Of a stretch of DNA of 64,000 nucleotides, positions 27,182-36,263 are shown in pieces. Position 1 is the stretch's first letter. Every line of letters begins with the position of its first letter. The position numbers and the translations under genes are program-made. Origin of the DNA: Bacillota bacterium (GTDB lineage Bacteria; Bacillota; Clostridia; Christensenellales; UBA1242); the NCBI GenBank assembly GCA_009784185.1, contig WRCD01000002.1:132935-196934 (forward strand), given 5' to 3'. The notes under the pieces were generated by a model. It had not been told where the DNA came from and ran no database searches. It saw only the letters and a list, made by a program, of their open reading frames with translations.

Positions 27182-28761
27182 TGAAAACAAACTCGTTTAT
27201 GCTGGGTGCTGCGGTATTGGCGGCAGGCGGGCTTGTTGCAAAGCTGATAGGGGCTGTATATCGCATTCCGCTTACTCATGTGTTAGGCACTGAGGGGCTT
27301 GGAGTATACCAGCTGGTTTTCCCATTATATTCGCTGCTTTTAATTTTATCCGGCAGCGGAGTGCCAACGGCATTATCTAAGCTTATTTCAGAACGCGCGG
27401 CGGCCGGAGAGGTGAGTGAGGCCGGCAGAATCCTGCACCTGAGCCTGATATTGTTTTCCGGCATTGGGCTTGTCTGCGGACTTATTATATTTTTGGGGGC
27501 CGATTTGTTTGCGGCGTGGCAAGGCAACGCTATGGCTGCAGCGGGTTTTAAGGCAATTGCGCCTGCCGTGCCGCTTGTAGCGGTTTTATCCTGCTTCAGA
27601 GGTTATTTTCAAGGCTTATCCAAAATGAGCCCGACAGCAATCAGTCAGGTGGCAGAGCAGCTGTTTAAGCTGGTGCTGGGTTTAAGTTTGGCATATATCT
27701 GGGGCGTGTTTGGAGCTGTGCTCGGTGTAATGCTTAGCGAAGCGGTGGCGGTGGTTTATATGCTTTCGGTCTATTTTTCCACCCGCAAAAAGCTAAGGCT
27801 TAAGCAAGGCAAGCCCGGTAATGTTACAAACAAACAGCTGGCCGGTCAAATATTAAAAACTACCGCTCCAATTGTGCTGGCTTCCGGTATTTTACCCCTG
27901 ATACTTTTAATAGACAGTCTGGTTATAGTAAATACTTTAAAAAGTATAAACTACACTGCCGAACAAGCAACAATTCTTTACGGGCTGCATTCGGGCGTGG
28001 TTAATTCGGTTGTTAACCTGCCGGTAGTATTAAGTCTGGCGGTAGCCACGGCCTTAGTTCCGGCAGTTGCCGGCAGTAAGATTATGGGGTATAAATCGGC
28101 TTCTGAAAAGGTAAATAAGGCTGTCAGGGTCTCGCTGATTATTTCTGTGCCGTGTGTGATTGGTTTTGTTTTACTTACAGACGACATTCTGGCTTTTTTA
28201 TACGCCGGCAGCTTAAGTCCGGGGTCGATAAACGAACCGGCCGTTGCTGCTGTTTTGCTTCAAATCGGCAGTGCAAGTGTGCTGCTCATGGCTATGTTAC
28301 AGATTTTTACTTCTGCACTTCAGGGCATAGGCAAAACAATGGTGCCTGTATGCGCGTTGAGCGCAGCAGGTGTAATTAAACTGGCGTTAAGCTTTATGCT
28401 GATATCTTTGCCGGGAATTAACATTTACGGTGCCGCAATTGCAAATCTGGTTTGCTTTTTTGTGGCTGTAGTTATAAACTTATGGTTTATATTAAAACAC
28501 GTTAAGCTTAAATTGTCTGTAAAAACAAGCCTTCTGCCGCTTGTTTTTTCAGGTGCGGTAATGGCAGGCGTTGCAGCGTTGCTTAAATGGGGGCTTGCCG
28601 GCATAAACACATATGTAAGTCTGCCGGTAATTGTTCTGTCTGCTGCTTTGGTTTTTGGCGGAGTGTTGTATCTGACCGGCGGCGCGGAAGACTTTTTAGA
28701 AATGTTTAAAAAACGTAAAAAAGTTAACAATTTTAATAAACAAAAAAGGAGAACAAAATGA
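27181..28761 (+). CDS. MOP-superfamily flippase (YabM/SpoVB/MurJ-like polysaccharide biosynthesis protein)
   Basis: 526 aa with about 14 hydrophobic segments. Start overlaps the spoVT stop (TAATG). The spoVT-yabM order matches B. subtilis synteny. Confidence 0.7.
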   Translation: MKTNSFMLGAAVLAAGGLVAKLIGAVYRIPLTHVLGTEGLGVYQLVFPLYSLLLILSGSGVPTALSKLISERAAAGEVSEAGRILHLSLILFSGIGLVCGLIIFLGADLFAAWQGNAMAAAGFKAIAPAVPLVAVLSCFRGYFQGLSKMSPTAISQVAEQLFKLVLGLSLAYIWGVFGAVLGVMLSEAVAVVYMLSVYFSTRKKLRLKQGKPGNVTNKQLAGQILKTTAPIVLASGILPLILLIDSLVIVNTLKSINYTAEQATILYGLHSGVVNSVVNLPVVLSLAVATALVPAVAGSKIMGYKSASEKVNKAVRVSLIISVPCVIGFVLLTDDILAFLYAGSLSPGSINEPAVAAVLLQIGSASVLLMAMLQIFTSALQGIGKTMVPVCALSAAGVIKLALSFMLISLPGINIYGAAIANLVCFFVAVVINLWFILKHVKLKLSVKTSLLPLVFSGAVMAGVAALLKWGLAGINTYVSLPVIVLSAALVFGGVLYLTGGAEDFLEMFKKRKKVNNFNKQKRRTK

Positions 28762-29027
28762 ACAGACAAGAACTCATTAAGCAGGTTTCTAAAAGAAGCA
28801 ACCTTACACAAAAAGATTGTGCCCAAATGCTGAAGGCGTTTACTGATATCATTGGGCAGGCGCTAAAGTCCGGAGAAGAAGTAAAGGTTATGGGATTTGG
28901 CAGGTTTTACACAAAACACCTTTCAGAGCGCAACGGATACAACCCGCTGACCGGACAAAAAACACGGCTGAAGGGCGCTTATATACCAAGTTTTAAGTGC
29001 AGTGCACAGCTAAAACGCATAATTTAG
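28758..29027 (+). CDS. HU/IHF-family DNA-binding protein (divergent paralogue)
   Basis: MNRQELIKQVSKRSNLTQKDC...GFGRFYTKHLSERNGYNPLTGQ: HU fold signature (GFG.F....R.GRNP.TG). ATGA overlap with the upstream flippase gene. Confidence 0.8.
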   Translation: MNRQELIKQVSKRSNLTQKDCAQMLKAFTDIIGQALKSGEEVKVMGFGRFYTKHLSERNGYNPLTGQKTRLKGAYIPSFKCSAQLKRII

Positions 29028-29129
29028 GGCAAAATACAATAAATTTTTGAAAAAATGCCTTTTTTTACTTAACTTTTCCATACAAAAGTGCTAGAATTAA
29101 GGCAAACAAAAATAAAAAGGAGAAAAATT

Positions 29130-29405
29130 ATGAACAAACAAGAATTCGTGGCTGCAGTAGCTGCTGAGGCACAAGTATCTCAAAAGGATGCAGGAGACGT
29201 AATCAACGCAGCTTTGGCTGTAATTGAAAAGACTCTGGCTAAAGGCGGCGAAGTTGTTCTTACAGGCTTTGGTAAGTTTGTATCCAGAAAGCGTGCTGCA
29301 CGCAACGGAATCAACCCGCTTACCCAGAAGCCGGTTAAGATTGCAGCTTGCAATGTTCCTGCATTTAAGGCCGGAAAAGGACTTAAAGAAGCTGTTAACA
29401 AATAG
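29130..29405 (+). CDS. hup: HU DNA-binding protein
   Basis: AAAGGAG SD. MNKQEFVAAVAAEAQVSQKDAGDVINAAL...GFGKFVSRKRAARNGINPLTQKPVKIAACNVPAFKAGKGLKEAV. 91 aa. Confidence 0.9.
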   Translation: MNKQEFVAAVAAEAQVSQKDAGDVINAALAVIEKTLAKGGEVVLTGFGKFVSRKRAARNGINPLTQKPVKIAACNVPAFKAGKGLKEAVNK

Positions 29406-29406
29406 T

Positions 29407-30356
29407 TTGTTAGAGGGCAGAATTAAAAGGAAGGGGTGCGGAGCACCTCTTCTTTTTGTATGCTTAGCACCAATGGCCGGATATACCGATGTGGCTTTCC
29501 GCAGCTTGTGTGCCGGCTTTGGAGCAAGTCTTACCACTACCGAAATGGTAAGCGTGCTTGGATTAATGCACAACAGCAAGGCAACACATGAACTGCTTTT
29601 TACCGAACCTAACGAGAGCCCTAAAGAGGTTCAGCTGTTCGGTTCTAATCCGGAAGCTTTTAGCCGGGCGGCAGGTCATCCGTTTTTAGAAAAGTTTGAT
29701 ATAATAAATATTAATATGGGCTGCCCGGTTCCCAAGGTGTTTAAACAGGGCGAGGGCTGCGCGCTTATGGCAAATCCGGAACTGGCTTACAAAATAATTA
29801 CCGCCTGTACAAAAAACACAAACAAGCCGGTTACGGTAAAGTTCAGGCTGGGTTTAACCGCCGATACCATTAACGCTGCGGAGTTTGGAAAAATGTGTGA
29901 ACAGGCGGGTGCCGGCAGCATTACGGTACATGGCAGAACCCGCCAGCAAGGGTACGGCGGCAGGGCCGACTGGAACGAAATAGCCAAGGTAGTGCGGGCA
30001 GTTAAAATCCCGGTTATTGCCAACGGAGATGTTTGCTGCAGGGATGATTTAATAAAGGTAAAAGAAGTAACCGGTTGTGCGGGAGTTATGATAGGCAGAG
30101 CCGCACTCGGCAGACCGTGGATTTTTAATGAAATTTTGCATGGGGGGGGCAGCGGCCCGATTTGTATAACGTTATTTCCGAACATTACCGGATACTGCTA
30201 AAATACTTTCCGGAAGCAAAAACCGTATCCGAAATGAAGAAGCATTTAATGTATTATACCAAGGGCTTACCTGAGGCAAAAATGTTCAGGCTGAAACTGT
30301 TTGAGCTGAATAATGTAAATGACATTTTAAATACATTAAGAGATATACTAAAATAG
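29407..30356 (+). pseudogene. dus: tRNA-dihydrouridine synthase split by a frameshift in a G8 run (true pseudogene, phase variant or homopolymer sequencing error)
   Basis: The TIM-barrel part (LAPMAGYTDVAFR...GRAALGRPWIF) ends at 30201. The C-terminal helical part (LYNVISEHYRILLKYFPEAKTVSEMKKHLMYYTKGLPEAKMFR) continues in another frame to 30356. The frames meet at GGGGGGGG 30142-30149. Nine (or six) G would give one ORF of about 316 aa. Start is TTG 29407 or ATG 29473; the ORF-track start 29224 overlaps hup. Confidence 0.8.
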
Positions 30357-30460
30357 TGCAAATGTGCCGATATGTGCCTCTATTCAGTTGCACATATGAA
30401 CAGATATAATGTATTATTAAACAAGGCTTTTTTGCGCCAAATAAAGGGGACGAAACCAGC

Positions 30461-32107
30461 TTGCAATTAATGTATGATATTATAACTGCATTAGCCGGCC
30501 TGGGAGTATTGCTATATGGTCTTAGGCTATTAAATAGCGGCTTAGAAGGTTCGCTTGGTTTTTCGTTTAGAAAGGGGCTTGCTAGATTCAGCAATAACAG
30601 ATTTAAAGCAATTACGGTAGGTACGGCTTCAACGGTTGCACTTCAAAGTTCAACGGTATCAATTACCATGATGACGGGCCTTGTTAATGTTGGTATGATA
30701 ACCCTGCTTCAGGCTACCAGCATGGTGCTTGGTGCAAATATCGGTTCAACACTTTCCATTATACTTATATCGTTCAGGTCGGTTAAGGTAATTGAAATAT
30801 TAACCTTGTTTATAATTATTGGAGTGGCCATTGCAATATTTACCAAGAAGCAGAAATACAAAAAACTGGCCACGGTGTTTAATGCAATTGGTATTTTGTG
30901 TTTGGGCTTAGTGCTGCTGGGCAAAGGCAGCAGTGCAATTGCCGCAATGCCGGGCGTCCCTGAATTTTTAAGCACATTAACAAATCCGTTTGTACTGATA
31001 CTTGCGGGCATGATATTAACCATTATTATTCAAAGCCTGTTCAGTTCTATGGTAATTATAACGGCTCTTGCCGCAACCACAATCGGCATGACGGGCGAGC
31101 CGGCAGTTTCAATTTACTCGGCAATGTTTTTTATAATCGGCGCAAACATTGGTACGGCTTTGCAGACTTATTTAATTAACGTGGCGGAGCTTAGCACAAA
31201 CGGCAAACGGTTAATGCTGCTAAGCGTGGCGTTTAAGGTGCTGCTTGCCTTAATATTTGGTTTATTAATGCTGACACCGTGGCTGAATATGTTTTATTGG
31301 GCAACAACCGACCCGACCATTGTTCTGGTTACGGCCAACATTGTAATGAACGTAATTACCGCACTTATACTTCTGCCGTTTGTAGGACCTATAGAAAAGC
31401 TGTTGCGGCTGGCGGTAAGGGACAAAAAGTCAAAATCCGCAATATTTGAAATTTTTACCATTGAAGACAAAATGTTAAAGATTCCCACTATTGCCCTGAA
31501 ACAAATTGAAAAGGGCATTTGTGTTATTGTTGAGCATGAGGTTAAGCTTCTGGATGCCAGTCTTGAATTCTTGCTGAAGGATAATATCAGTGATGAGACG
31601 GTTAAGCGGGCTGCTGCCAACGTTGAGAAAATGATTAAGATGACCACCAATAACATGGTGCAATTAACCAACAAGATAAACGATGAAGAAAAACTTATGA
31701 TTAACTCGTATTTAAGCGCTGTGTCAGATGCCGATACCGTATTAAACTCATGTCTGAAAATTATTGACCTGACCAGAAGTTTTGACGCAAGTCCGCGCGC
31801 GCTGCAAAAAAGCCAGTTAAGCGATATTAAAAAAATGGGCGACTTAGTTATACAAACCGGACAGAAAAGCTATGAAATAATATCTGAATTTGCGGCTGCG
31901 GGCAAGTTGAACGATGACACAAAACTGCATGCCATGTTTGACCTTAGCGAAAAGGTGTCCGGCGAAAAGCTTGCTTCAAAGCACAACTTAAGCGTATGCA
32001 AAACCAACAACAAAGATACAATTGATTACAACACGTTTTTCTCACTGCTGAACACGCTTGGAGATATAAAAGACGGCTTTACAAACATTGCAATAAAAGC
32101 ACTGTAA
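30461..32107 (+). CDS. Na+/phosphate cotransporter family protein with PhoU-like C-terminal domain
   Basis: 548 aa. N-terminal half is polytopic with duplicated GANIG[ST].. motifs (LGANIGSTLS, IGANIGTALQ). C-terminal soluble helical domain. Start is TTG 30461 or ATG 30470. Confidence 0.75.
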   Translation: MQLMYDIITALAGLGVLLYGLRLLNSGLEGSLGFSFRKGLARFSNNRFKAITVGTASTVALQSSTVSITMMTGLVNVGMITLLQATSMVLGANIGSTLSIILISFRSVKVIEILTLFIIIGVAIAIFTKKQKYKKLATVFNAIGILCLGLVLLGKGSSAIAAMPGVPEFLSTLTNPFVLILAGMILTIIIQSLFSSMVIITALAATTIGMTGEPAVSIYSAMFFIIGANIGTALQTYLINVAELSTNGKRLMLLSVAFKVLLALIFGLLMLTPWLNMFYWATTDPTIVLVTANIVMNVITALILLPFVGPIEKLLRLAVRDKKSKSAIFEIFTIEDKMLKIPTIALKQIEKGICVIVEHEVKLLDASLEFLLKDNISDETVKRAAANVEKMIKMTTNNMVQLTNKINDEEKLMINSYLSAVSDADTVLNSCLKIIDLTRSFDASPRALQKSQLSDIKKMGDLVIQTGQKSYEIISEFAAAGKLNDDTKLHAMFDLSEKVSGEKLASKHNLSVCKTNNKDTIDYNTFFSLLNTLGDIKDGFTNIAIKAL

Positions 32108-32147
32108 AAACAAAAATAAATATTGAATAAAAATAAGGAGATATATC

Positions 32148-33338
32148 ATGTACAAAAAGAAATCTATTAAGGATATGGATGTAAGCGGAAAAAGAGTGTT
32201 TGTAAGGGTGGACTTTAATGTTCCGCTAAACTCTAAAGGGCAGGTTACAAACGACAACAAGATTACTCAAACATTGCCGACCATAAACTATCTGTTGGAG
32301 CAGAATGCTAAAATTATACTGTGTTCGCATTTAGGCAGGCCTGACGGAAAAGTTGTGGCGGAATATAGCCTTAAGCCGGTTGCGGAGCGCCTGAGAAAAA
32401 TTTTAAAGCGTCCGATTTTAATGTCGGCCGACGTTATTGGCACCGAAACGCACAAGCTGGTAAAAGGAATGCAGCCGGGTGACATTGTGCTTATGGAAAA
32501 CGTAAGATTTGAGGCGGGCGAAGAAGAAAATGACCCTGTCTTTGCAAGAAAGCTGTCAAGCATTGCTGATATTTATTGCTCTGATGCATTCGGCACAGTT
32601 CATAGGGCACACGCTTCAACTGCGGGTATAGCAAAATACCTGCCAAGCTGTGCAGGGCTGCTTATATCCCGAGAGCTGGAAATACTGGGCAGTTTGTTAA
32701 CCACCCCTAAGCGTCCGTTTGTGGTTGTTCTGGGCGGAGCAAAAGTAAAAGATAAAATCGGAATGATTTCTAACCTTATAAACATGGCAGACGTAATTCT
32801 CCTTGGCGGCGCAATGGCATATACCTTTGTTAAGGCAAAAGGGTTTGCGGTAGGTAAATCTATGATTGAGCCCGATAAAATTGAGCTGGCCAGACTCCTG
32901 TTGGAAAAAGCCGATAATGCCGGCGTTAAGATATTACTGCCGGTTGACAATGTTGTAGCACAGGAGTTTTCGTTTGCGGCCGACAGCAGAATTGTTAGAA
33001 CCGGAGCAATTGCTCCGTCTGAAATGGGATTGGATATCGGTCCTAAAACGGCCGAACTTTATGCTAAGCAAATTCAAAAAGCCAAAACGGTATTGTGGAA
33101 CGGTCCGATGGGGGTGTTTGAATTTCAGAAGTTTGCAAGCGGTACAAACTCAATTGCGTTTTCAATGGCCAAGTGCAAAGGAGTTACGGTGGTTGCCGGC
33201 GGAGACAGTTCTGCAGCAATTTCAAACAACAAGCTTGATAATGAGATTACACATATATCAACCGGCGGCGGAGCAACGCTCCAACTGCTTGAAGGTGACA
33301 AGCTTCCGGGGATTGACGTATTAGCAGACAATATATAA
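32148..33338 (+). CDS. pgk: Phosphoglycerate kinase
   Basis: AAGGAG SD. KRVFVRVDFNVP, CSHLGRP, FGTVHRAHAST and GGGATLQLLEG are canonical Pgk motifs. 396 aa. Confidence 0.95.
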   Translation: MYKKKSIKDMDVSGKRVFVRVDFNVPLNSKGQVTNDNKITQTLPTINYLLEQNAKIILCSHLGRPDGKVVAEYSLKPVAERLRKILKRPILMSADVIGTETHKLVKGMQPGDIVLMENVRFEAGEEENDPVFARKLSSIADIYCSDAFGTVHRAHASTAGIAKYLPSCAGLLISRELEILGSLLTTPKRPFVVVLGGAKVKDKIGMISNLINMADVILLGGAMAYTFVKAKGFAVGKSMIEPDKIELARLLLEKADNAGVKILLPVDNVVAQEFSFAADSRIVRTGAIAPSEMGLDIGPKTAELYAKQIQKAKTVLWNGPMGVFEFQKFASGTNSIAFSMAKCKGVTVVAGGDSSAAISNNKLDNEITHISTGGGATLQLLEGDKLPGIDVLADNI

Positions 33339-33410
33339 ACCCGGAGCGAAGCAACCGGCAATTGATATTTGATATTTTATAATTTATATTTGACAACGAA
33401 GGAGTCATTG

Positions 33411-34175
33411 ATGAGTTGTATCTTAGCAGGCAATTGGAAAATGAACATGACAAAGGCTGAGGCCGTAAATTACTGCCGCGAGTTTAAAAATCTTTTAAGG
33501 GCTGATATGAGATATATGCTGGCAGTTCCGGCAACGCTGATTGAAACCGTTGCCAAAGAATTGTCCGATACCAAGGTGGTAGTTGCCGCGCAAAACGTTA
33601 GCCATGCAGTTTCCGGTGCTTTTACCGGTGACTTAAGTGTAACTCAGTTGACAGATGCGGGAGCAACGGCATTTCTTGTTGGGCATAGCGAACGCAGGCA
33701 TGTTTTTTTGGAAACCAACGAGCGGATAAAAGAAAAGATGGAGCGGATTTGTGAACTTGGGACAGCTGACTTGAAACCGGGCATTGTTTTATGCGTAGGC
33801 GAAACGCTTGAGCAGCGTGAAAAAGGCGAAACAGAGAGTGTTTTAAGCCGGCAGTTGCAGACAGCGCTTAAAGGCATGGATAATCGTGCAGAGCTGATTG
33901 TGGCATATGAGCCGGTTTGGGCAATCGGCACCGGCGTAAATGCCAGTGCAGAACAGGCAGAAAGTGCCGTTAAATACATAAAAAGCAAACTGGCGGAAAT
34001 CGACCCTGTGTACTCGGGTGTTAGGGTGTTGTATGGCGGAAGCGTTACGCCCGAAAACACCGAGGAATTGTTTAAAGGCGGGGTGCTGGACGGTGCGCTG
34101 GTTGGCGGGGCAAGCCTGTTGCCTGTAAAGTTTATGAGTATAGGTGCAAAAATGAAATGCGGAAACAAAGGATAA
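33411..34175 (+). CDS. tpiA: Triosephosphate isomerase
   Basis: GAAGGAG SD. ILAGNWKMN, VGHSERR, AYEPVWAIGTG and YGGSV motifs. Start moved from the ORF-track 33369 to ATG 33411. Confidence 0.95.
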   Translation: MSCILAGNWKMNMTKAEAVNYCREFKNLLRADMRYMLAVPATLIETVAKELSDTKVVVAAQNVSHAVSGAFTGDLSVTQLTDAGATAFLVGHSERRHVFLETNERIKEKMERICELGTADLKPGIVLCVGETLEQREKGETESVLSRQLQTALKGMDNRAELIVAYEPVWAIGTGVNASAEQAESAVKYIKSKLAEIDPVYSGVRVLYGGSVTPENTEELFKGGVLDGALVGGASLLPVKFMSIGAKMKCGNKG

Positions 34176-34178
34176 AAT

Positions 34179-35405
34179 ATGTTAAGTAAAGTTATTACAA
34201 TTATCTTTGACGGCCTGGGTGACCGGCCGGTAAAAGAACTGGGGAATAAAACCCCGCTTGAAGCTGCCGCAACTCCCAATCTGGACAGGCTGGCTGCAAA
34301 CGGCATATGCGGGTTGATGCATACTATGGGCAGAGGTATCAGACCCGGCAGTGATGTGGCGCATATGTCTATTTTTGGTTATCCAATGGAAAAGTATTAT
34401 ACCGGCAGGGGACCGATTGAGGTTGCGGGGCTTGGGCTTAGGCTGCAGTCCGGGGATATTGCCTTTAGGGGCAATTTTGCAACCGTAGACGATAAGTGGA
34501 ATATAACCGACAGGCGGGCAGGCAGAATAACGGATGTAACTGAGCTTGCCAAGGCGCTGAACGGTATAAAAATTGACGGTATAGAGTTTATTGTGCTTGC
34601 CGGTACGGCGCACAGGGCGGGCGTAGTTATGCGCGGAGAAGGGCTCTCCAGTGCGGTGTCCGACAGTGACCCTCACGAGGAAGGCAAGCCTGTTTATGCG
34701 GTTAAACCGTTAAATTCAAGCCCTGAGGCACATTTTACGGCTGCGGTGCTGAATAAGTTTTTGAAACAGTCTAATGAAGTTTTAAGCAGCCACCCGGCTA
34801 ATAAAAAACGCGTTTCCAACGGAAAGCTTCCGGCTAATTTTCTGTTGCTGCGCGGTGCGGGCGTCTATCCAAGCCTGCCGGCCTTTAAAGACAAATATGG
34901 TATGAGTGCTTGCTGTATTGCAGGCGGCGGACTGTATAAAGGCATAGGTGCGTTTCTTGGCATGGATATTATAGATGTGCCCGGTGCAACGGCGCTGCCG
35001 GATTCGGATGTTGAAGCAAAGTTTAAAACCGCTGTTGAAATGCTGGTTAAATACGACTTTGTGTTTGTTCATGTAAAGGCCGCCGACAGCCTGGCCGAAG
35101 ATGGTAATTACATGGGCAAAAAGGAGTTTATAGAAAAATGCGATAAAGCAGCTAACACGCTCTTGAAACTGCCGGAAGACACATTGCTGGTTATAACTGC
35201 AGACCACACGACCCCAAGTGCTTTAAAGGCTCACTCGGCGGATCCGGTGCCCGTTTTGTTTTGCGGAGCCGGAATCCGCACCGACAGAGTTGCCGAGTTT
35301 AACGAAACGGCTGTATCAAGCGGCGGGCTTGGTATAATAGAGGGCAAAGACATTATGCCGGAAGTGCTGAATCTCTTAGGAAAACTTCCGCTTGCAGGTG
35401 CTTGA
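34179..35405 (+). CDS. apgM: Cofactor-independent phosphoglycerate mutase, archaeal/ApgM type
   Basis: 408 aa. IIFDGLGDRP..LGNKTPLEAA.TPNLDRLA..G..G, RGNFATVD and ITADHTTP resemble the ApgM (PhosphMutase/metalloenzyme) family rather than the ~510-aa GpmI. Confidence 0.8.
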   Translation: MLSKVITIIFDGLGDRPVKELGNKTPLEAAATPNLDRLAANGICGLMHTMGRGIRPGSDVAHMSIFGYPMEKYYTGRGPIEVAGLGLRLQSGDIAFRGNFATVDDKWNITDRRAGRITDVTELAKALNGIKIDGIEFIVLAGTAHRAGVVMRGEGLSSAVSDSDPHEEGKPVYAVKPLNSSPEAHFTAAVLNKFLKQSNEVLSSHPANKKRVSNGKLPANFLLLRGAGVYPSLPAFKDKYGMSACCIAGGGLYKGIGAFLGMDIIDVPGATALPDSDVEAKFKTAVEMLVKYDFVFVHVKAADSLAEDGNYMGKKEFIEKCDKAANTLLKLPEDTLLVITADHTTPSALKAHSADPVPVLFCGAGIRTDRVAEFNETAVSSGGLGIIEGKDIMPEVLNLLGKLPLAGA

Positions 35406-35457
35406 CATTTCCGGATTTTTTGTTTAAACTCATTACATAAGAGGGAGACTGAAGCCT

Positions 35458-35691
35458 ATGATCAGCCTGATGGGGGATTTCTTTAATTCGGTGATAAATG
35501 TGTTGTTCCGCAGTGTGCCGGATGTTGCTAAAGGGTTTATTATAGCCGCCTGTCTGTTGCTTACGTTTTGGTTTTTGGCTAAAACGCTGCGCCTTGGCAA
35601 GCAGGGCGGAGATAAAAAACCGTTTCATATAGGCTACTTTTTAACGGCATTGTTGTTTCTTGCCATAGCAATTTTATATATTACAATATAA
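35458..35691 (+). CDS. Small membrane protein (77 aa, two predicted TM segments)
   Basis: GAGGGAG SD 10 nt upstream. Two hydrophobic stretches (FIIAACLLLTFWFLA, YFLTALLFLAIAILYI). No family recognised. Confidence 0.45.
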   Translation: MISLMGDFFNSVINVLFRSVPDVAKGFIIAACLLLTFWFLAKTLRLGKQGGDKKPFHIGYFLTALLFLAIAILYITI

Positions 35692-35692
35692 A

Positions 35693-35772
35693 CAATTAAT
35701 AATTAATAATGAACGACTGTTGGTCGCTTTGCTCCGAAAAACATAGGACGAAGCGACCATAGTTGTTAATTG
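35693..35772. repeat. Imperfect 80-bp palindrome (MITE/REP-like hairpin)
   Basis: Outer arms CAATTAA / TTAATTG. Inner 9-bp stem TGGTCGCTT / AAGCGACCA (35721-35729 / 35751-35759) around a 21-nt loop TGCTCCGAAAAACATAGGACG. Confidence 0.6.
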
Positions 35773-35811
35773 CCGGTTTGTAATAAAAAAGTGCCGTACG
35801 GCACAAAACGC

Positions 35812-35840
35812 TTGAAATTGGTTCTGACGTGTGCTATACT
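35812..35840 (+). promoter_or_regulatory. Sigma-70-type promoter of secG
   Basis: TTGAAA (35812-35817), 17-nt spacer, TATACT (35835-35840). Confidence 0.5.
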
Positions 35841-35874
35841 TACGGATATTAAAAAGAAGGGAACTATACTTTAA

Positions 35875-36210
35875 ATGCTTAACAATGTTTATATGATTAA
35901 AAGTTTATTGCTGGCAGACGACTCTGTTATGCCAAGCTGGTTATTGGACACTTTACTTGTTTTGAAAGATGTTTTTATCTGGGGGCTTGCAATTGGTGCA
36001 ATTGCAATGATTGTTTTGGTGTTGGTTCAACAGTCAAACAGTCAGGGCGGCGCAGGTGCCGCCATAACCGGCGTTACGGAAACTTATTACTCGCAAAACA
36101 AGGGCAGGAATAAAGAAGGCAGATTGAAACTGGCCACCACGGTGCTGGCGTGCGTTATGGGTTCAATGGCCGTACTGTACTTTGTTATTGTGATTTTTGT
36201 TCCTGGATAA
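35875..36210 (+). CDS. secG: Preprotein translocase subunit SecG
   Basis: Two TM segments flank a Gly-rich loop VLVQQSNSQGGAGAAITG, typical of SecG. Lies upstream of rnr-smpB-ssrA as in B. subtilis. The N-terminus could start at a later Met. Confidence 0.7.
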   Translation: MLNNVYMIKSLLLADDSVMPSWLLDTLLVLKDVFIWGLAIGAIAMIVLVLVQQSNSQGGAGAAITGVTETYYSQNKGRNKEGRLKLATTVLACVMGSMAVLYFVIVIFVPG

Positions 36211-36220
36211 CAACAGTTTG

Positions 36221-36250
36221 GGGGAGTGGTTGGGCACTCCTTTTTGATTT
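36221..36250 (+). terminator. Hairpin plus T run after secG (partial terminator/attenuator before rnr)
   Basis: GGAGTG-GTTGGG-CACTCC followed by TTTTTGATTTT. The rnr SD follows directly, so read-through is implied. Confidence 0.5.
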
Positions 36251-36263
36251 TAGAGGGGAGTAT

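Noticed and set aside
29224-29472. The ORF-track start of the dus ORF at 29224, which overlaps the whole second HU gene.
   Set aside because: The overlapping part has no Dus similarity. The HU frame is clearly the coding one. Dus homology begins at ..LAPMAGYTD, so TTG 29407 or ATG 29473 is the plausible start.
30357-30460. A possible riboswitch or regulatory RNA upstream of the Na/Pi transporter (inverted repeat TGCAA..TTGCA at about 30360-30400).
   Set aside because: I could not recognise a conserved riboswitch core. The region is short and also has to accommodate the promoter.
33644-34306. A 220-aa minus-strand ORF antisense to tpiA. Similar cases lie at 46913-47617 (antisense to the SK-like gene and tkt), 39738-40352 and 34182-34676.
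   Set aside because: All are fully overlapped by genes with canonical motifs. They have no SD and low-complexity composition.
35791-35804. Hairpin GTGCCGTACGGCAC with an A run upstream and AAAA downstream. It is oriented like a terminator for the minus strand, although no minus-strand gene converges on it. I considered a small antisense RNA opposite the secG leader.
   Set aside because: Only a weak minus-strand promoter candidate (TAAACA-17-TATAGT) could be found, and overlap with the secG transcript would be minimal. There is too little evidence without transcript data.
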